Shown here piece after piece: positions 59,501 to 64,000 of a stretch of 64,000 bases of DNA; the first letter of the stretch is position 1, and each line of letters starts with the position of its first letter. A program made the translations under genes and the position numbers. A model generated the notes under the pieces. It was not told where the DNA came from. It saw nothing but the letters and a program-made list of their open reading frames with translations, and made no database searches. The stretch comes from Azolla caroliniana (lineage: Eukaryota; Plantae; Polypodiophyta). The stretch is taken from NCBI GenBank assembly GCA_043228905.1, contig JBHGNT010000003.1, positions 2,604,001 through 2,668,000 of the forward strand. Direction: 5' to 3'.

Positions 59501-62190
59501 TGTCGCGAAAATACGACGAGGATATGTGAACGTTGAGGCAAGACCCCGGGGCCTTTGACTAGAGGATATCAAATTCGTGTATTTATGTACTAAGAATTAA
59601 CCGAAATGAGAAAGATTAACAAATTTCATTAACAAGTAGAAAGAAAAATTACAATCAATCCCAAGATTGGGATTACAAAAGTTTTATCTTAAGGAGATTA
59701 CTAGAATAATAGATTAGAGGAAATAAGAGATTATGATTCTTGAGTGATATGGTTTTGATAAGGAATTTTGGATTTTGAGAGATTGCTTCCGGATGGAAAT
59801 TATGGTTTACTTAAGAGATAGCTTCTGTAGGGAAGATTAGGGTTCTTGGCCTCGATAAGATAAGAGAGCTCCCCAAAGAAAAGGAAAAAAATTAAGATAA
59901 TATGGGGTATTAGTGTAAGGAAAAAAATGGAATATATATAGAGTTCTCCCTTGATCATAGCTTTTCCACTTTTTGTTGCATGGCCTCTACTTTTAGTTGC
60001 CTAGCTTTTTCTTTTAGTTGCATCTATTTTTAGTTGCATGGCTTTTTCTTTTAGTTGCATGTGACCATCCACATGACCTTTACTTTTTGCATGCACTCCA
60101 ACTTTAGTTGCTTGCGTCCACATGGCCTTTACTTTAGTTCTCTTCACTTTACTTTAGTTTGTTGCATGATCCAATCTTCCGTCCGTCTGCGTCCAACCTC
60201 GTTCGGTAGCCGGTTCCATTTTGCTTGCTGGTCGGTTTCGGTTCCGATTTTGCATGCCGGCCAGTTCCGGTTCCGGTTTTGCTTACCGGCCTGTTTCCGG
60301 TTTGCATACCGGCCGGTTCTGGTTCCGGTTTTGCTTACCGACCTGTTTCCAGTGTCGTGAAGATTTTCGGCAATAGTGTGAAAATCCCATAAAACATACG
60401 AAATCGAGTATGAATCACATAATACAATAATTGTGAAGATAACATTTTAAATAAATTTAATATCTAAGTACAAAATGATGGAGGTTTCGAATGCACTTTA
60501 TTACACGAGAAACGGACAACTAAATGTCAAGATATGAGGGTATAAAGTTTGTGAAAGGAAAAGAGAAAATTGTGAGATATTCCACATAGGCACGACAAAT
60601 ACGGCTCTCATCATATATAAGGTAGAGCAAAAGATATTATCTTTGTGTCTATGTGTGGAGCATAGAGAGTTCAAGGTAACTTGAACTAAGAGTGGAGGGT
60701 TTAGGGTTTTGGCCAACCAAAATTGGACCGGCGATGGAGCCAGTGATCCGTCGGCAGCACCGGACGACGACATCCGGTGGCGGCACGGGTATCCGGTGGC
60801 AGCACCGGCGGTATCCGGCGGCAACCGACGACGGCACGGGTATCCGGCGAGGCACCGGTAACCGATGGCAACCGACGACGACATCCTGCGAGGCACCGGT
60901 AACCGACGACATCCGGCGAACCGGCGTCCGACGACTAGATAAATAAATATATAAATATATATGCATATTTATATACAAGGAGGGCAAGTAAGGATTCGAA
61001 CCTTGCACCTCCATGTTAGGAGTCAATTGGTTTACCATTAAGCCATGCTATTTAGTTGAAATTATATTTCTATGATTGTACTTTTACATTTAAATTCTCA
61101 TACATGAGAGCTAAAATGAGTGACATGGTTATCATGCACCACATGTAATACATAAGCGCCAAATGGCAAACATGCAATTTATGTATGTCTTGTACCCTCA
61201 CATGCATCATATGCATGAGAGCATCTATAAAAGAAGAAGAAATTCGTTATCAAATTGATGGTGTAACTTGTTTCTTAAATCTAAAGTTAAAAGTTCAATC
61301 AATCTCTCTCAATCGTTTAATCTCAACTTCTCTCTTTCCCAATCTATCTTAAGTACTTTCTCGCCAAAGCTTGTATCGACTTTGAATCCTTCCGGTCCAG
61401 AACCCCGGCGGTTCCGCCTCACGATCCGCGCGTAGTGACGGATCTTCACGACATAATAAAGTGGTGAACCCGATGTGAAAGAGGTGGTAGGAAGGATCAA
61501 GTCGAGATTAATACTTGGAGATGGCGTCCTCAAGCAACCAAGCGGGAGAGCTCGGAAGGATGATGCTAATCGTCGAGCAAATGATGAGATCTTAGGACAA
61601 CGACGCTGTCGTGCCTTTCGGCTCCGGATCGTTGCGTGAGTCGGGTGGGAACCACAGAGGTCTTGGACTAGGAGAAAGAAGTTCGTGAGATAGAGATTAA
61701 TTATGAGTAAATAGCAAAGAGAAAGATAAGAAACTCGTGAATCACACGAGTATACTATATTAATTGGTACTTAGGGTGTTAAGAGAGAAGTAGATGTATA
61801 AATCGTGAATCCCACGAATAATTTTTGTATTGATTAATACTTAATCCAAATAATCAACAACCCTTTATATATTTCTCTCCTCCTTATATAAGGAAGGAAG
61901 AGCTAAGCATGGCTTCATGCTTTTTTTTACAAAAAGTGTTCATGTCCACTAAATGTGCATGTGATGCTTTTTTATTTCCTAAGTATAGGGCTCATGCAGG
62001 CTAGATGTGCATGAGTTATTTTTAGTGTCTCGTGTTTTTTTTCCTTTTTTTTTTTTTTACATTTATGTCTCTTTATCCGGCTCTTCCTTGCCGGTATGCC
62101 GTTTTCTTCCGGTTCTCACCGAGCACTCCATTCTCTATCTAGAGGGACAAAAATATAATTTCCACATAGTGTGCAACCTACACTACGACA
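59501..62190. mobile_element. Mosaic of LTR-like segments (starts TGTCG at 59501 and 60353; ACGACA end at 62190)
   Basis: TG...CA-type inverted ends; short tandem arrays (CTTTTAGTTGC 59975-60165, CCGGTT 60205-60350, GC-rich 60720-60935); homology to 24950-25401. No TSD found, so boundaries are uncertain. Confidence 0.45.
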
Positions 62191-64000
62191 ACGCGAGTGT
62201 GGAGAAGGCTGTCGATCCTGTCGTAGAGCTCAAGGGCCAATTCGATGGAAGGAACGTTACGAAGTTCCTTGATGCATATAGAAGGGAGATGAATGAGAGG
62301 GACGTGTCCGAGGCACGTCAAATCGCAAGCTTCAAGAGAGTTGTCACCAACAACATCCAAAGACGCGTCATCGAGCTTCAAGAAGGTAAGACAACATGGT
62401 CCGAGTTCGAGAAAATGATACTAGCGGAGTTCGTGACTGAAGACTCAACAAGGATGACTCGACATGCCCTGATGAAGTGGATAGAGAAGAAGAATAAGAA
62501 GATGAGTGTCTCGAGGGTGTACGACGAATTCGACCAGATGTTTAGTCGTCTCCCCAATACGGACCAAGTGTTGCTTGAAGAGGACAAGAATTTGTACTTC
62601 TTGAAGGCTGTGGACATAAAGGATAGATGGGAGTTGGGGACTCTTCTCGAAGATGATACCCAAGCAAATGGGCTCGTAGCGGACTGGATCGCGGTGAAGC
62701 GGGCATGCAATAGGCTCGACAAGCGTCGCCAATGGGTTGATGACACCGACTTGACGGGATCGACTACCACAGAGAAAGCAAGACCGCCGAAAGTAGTTGA
62801 GCCACCTAGACAAAGTAACGTGGAAGAAAAGAAGATTGATGACGACATCATTGAAGAGCTAGCGGAGAAGTTCGAGAAGGTCACACTAGCCAACATGAAT
62901 CGTCGGGGCCTTAAAGGAAAAGAACCCTTTAGATGCGTGTGGTGTGATAGCATGGACCACATGAGAAGGGATTGTGCGAGCCTTCGAGAGGCGATTCGAC
63001 AAAATATCGTATAAATAGAGGACAACATGATCTGCTCAAGCGAGACTAGAAGACCCCTATGGGTGAATTTCGGAAGAGGAGGAATGAAGAAATCTATGGA
63101 GGATGCTGATGCGACTCATGTGGATGCGATGCACTATGCTGCGTCGGCCGGAATAAGAGTCGGGAAAGACAAGACTGAAGCTGCTAGAGCGGGAGCAAAG
63201 TTTTGGACTTCCGTTCTCGAATATGAGAAGAGGGGAAAAGTCACATCGAACAAAGTAGAGGTTGCGGACCAAAGCGTGCAAAGCATAACCGGGTGGTCGG
63301 ATCCGGTGGATGACAACACCATACTCGCAGAGGTGATGTGCGACAACCACGAGGTGTTCGTCGAAGAAAAGAGAAAGAGAATAGAAGAGCAAGGCCCATC
63401 AAAAAGACATGAAACAAGGAACACGAAAAAGAAGGACGATGCGGAGACGAGTCGACCTTTACAAACGGAGGAACGAGAATCAAGCCGAAAAGGGGAGCCG
63501 AGCATACGAGTTGAAGAAACGGTTCGGCCCGTGAAGGTTGGTGTCGAAGACCCCGCTCGGAGGACAAGGACTATACCTACCTATAAGCTAAGGTCGGACA
63601 TAGAGCAGACGATGGACCTAAAGAAGATTCTTGAAGAACGAGTTCTTGATAGCCACGTAACTTTTTCCTTGAGGGAATTGCTTGGCATTATGAAGAAGGA
63701 GTTCCATGACACGATCGTGGACCTTGTAAAGAGAAAGAGACAACAATCGGACGAGGAAGAAGAGAAGCTGCAAAAAGCAAAAACGAACACCATAATGATG
63801 GCAAGAGACGAAGTCGATGAAGATATGGTGGACAGCCACTATACTCGACCTCATTGGGCACGAGCGACAACTGAGACGCCGATGAAGATCGGGGAGAAGA
63901 AAGAGACTGTGGTAGCCTTGATCGACCACGGCTCGGAGATCAACCTCATGTCAACCGACTTCTACAAAAAAGGAAGATGGCCAATTAATACAAACAACGG
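62191..64000 (+). mobile_element. Ty3/gypsy-like gag-protease region, 5'-truncated and cut by the window end; one in-frame TAA at 63012-63014
   Basis: GQFDGRNVTKFL gag start, CVWCDSMDHMRRDC knuckle; the same frame continues after TAA to YKLRSDIE, HWARAT and the aspartic-protease motif ALIDHGSEINLMS (~63913-63953). Confidence 0.8.

Noticed and set aside
60697-60710. Telomere-like GGGTTTAGGGTTT
   Set aside because: Fewer than two units; at most a telo-box, not an interstitial telomere array.
60983-61048. Functional tRNA gene
   Set aside because: Only the A/B boxes and T-arm are recognisable; no convincing acceptor or anticodon stem.
62007-62190. Hydrophobic N-terminus of ORF 62007-63014
   Set aside because: Derived from T-rich LTR-like DNA joined to a 5'-truncated gag.

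Overview
Eukaryotic, AT-rich, TE-dense land-plant DNA; no rRNA, functional tRNA or CRISPR array is evident. The window is a tandemly amplified locus with two interleaved host gene families, all copies on the + strand. (i) Seven intronless DUF247/UPF0481-family copies: two intact (4841-6433, 26746-28182), one frameshifted near its 5' end (823-2324), and four truncated or decayed. (ii) One intact three-exon CYP85-clan cytochrome P450 of CYP716/CYP725 type (55123-56750), plus five coding remnants and one promoter-only remnant. Shared intergenic blocks show that the DUF247 and CYP sequences were duplicated together as multi-kb modules. Inserted into this array are an intact, young Ty1/copia element (44418-51703, TSD CGATG, 1338-aa gag-pol) whose 5' LTR carries four tandem 475-bp R/U5 units, two degenerate copia elements, an RTE-X-like LINE split by a copia, L1 remnants, an LTR-like family carrying a tRNA-like A/B-box segment, and a Ty3/gypsy gag-protease running off the right edge. 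The best candidates for new biology are the co-amplified DUF247 + P450 module, the 47-codon hydrophobic sORF that follows each intact DUF247, the non-canonical P450 I-helix (ASYDAT), and the LTR-internal tandem array. All family assignments come from motif recognition by eye, not from database searches.
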